From assembly GCA_965113315.1 (NCBI GenBank), contig OZ220367.1: DNA of 64,000 bases, one strand, 5' to 3'. Origin of the DNA: Podarcis vaucheri. Taxonomy: Eukaryota. The translations under genes and the position numbers were made by a program. Below the pieces are notes generated by a model, which saw nothing but the letters and a program-made list of their open reading frames with translations, did no database searches and was not told the DNA's origin. This document shows, in pieces, positions 63,625 to 64,000 of this stretch (positions are counted from its first letter, which is position 1; every line of letters begins with the position of its first letter).

Positions 63625-63865
63625 CAGTGGTACCTCGAGTTTCAAACGCCTCAGGTTATAAATGCTTCAGGTTACAAACTCCGCTAACCTGGAAGAGTTA
63701 CCTGGAGTTGAGAACTTTGCCCCAGGATGAGAACGGAAATTGTGTGCTGGCTGCGCAGTGGCAGCAAAAGATCCCATTAGCGAAAGCACACCTCTAGTTA
63801 AGAACAGTTTCAGGTTAAGAATGGACCTCCAGAATGAATTAAGTTCATAACTAGAGGTACCACTG
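63625..63865. mobile_element. Non-autonomous Tigger/pogo-like MITE (same family as 1436-1644)
   Basis: TIRs CAGTGGTACCTCGAGTT ... AACTAGAGGTACCACTG with TA on the right. Shares GAACTTTGCCCCAGGATGAGAAC and CCCATTAGC with 1436-1644. Confidence 0.9.
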
Positions 63866-64000
63866 TACATGGTTACATCTCTGATATCCTAATAGCCACA
63901 AACAGGAAATACTTGATTGTCCTGTGCAGTTTCTAAACTAGGCTCAGGACGGGATATGCTGCACAGAGGACAAAGAAGGAACAGTTACTTAAACACATCC

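Overview
This is vertebrate genomic DNA, AT-rich and CpG-depleted, with three assembly gaps. It is almost certainly from a squamate and most likely a lacertid lizard, judging from two Sauria SINE (Squam1-type) copies with target-site duplications and other squamate-type repeats. I recognise no host protein-coding gene, RNA gene, CRISPR array or prokaryotic system. The supplied ORFs look like chance ORFs, repeat-derived ORFs or gap read-throughs. The window reads as a large intron or gene desert. Its mobile elements include Tigger/pogo-like and Tc2-like MITEs, hAT MITEs, solo LTRs, 3' ends of Rex1/Babar and L2 LINEs, a decayed DIRS/Ngaro-type RT-RNase H remnant, a probable L1-derived ORF1-only element, several tRNA-derived SINEs and microsatellites. 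These alternate with repeat-poor, AT-rich blocks that resemble conserved non-coding enhancers. The most unusual structure is a 751-bp CpG-rich Tc2-like MITE (13628-14378) built almost entirely from nested hairpins. I found no convincing new biological system, only leads. Boundaries of old repeats are approximate, and family names come from recalled consensus features rather than database searches.
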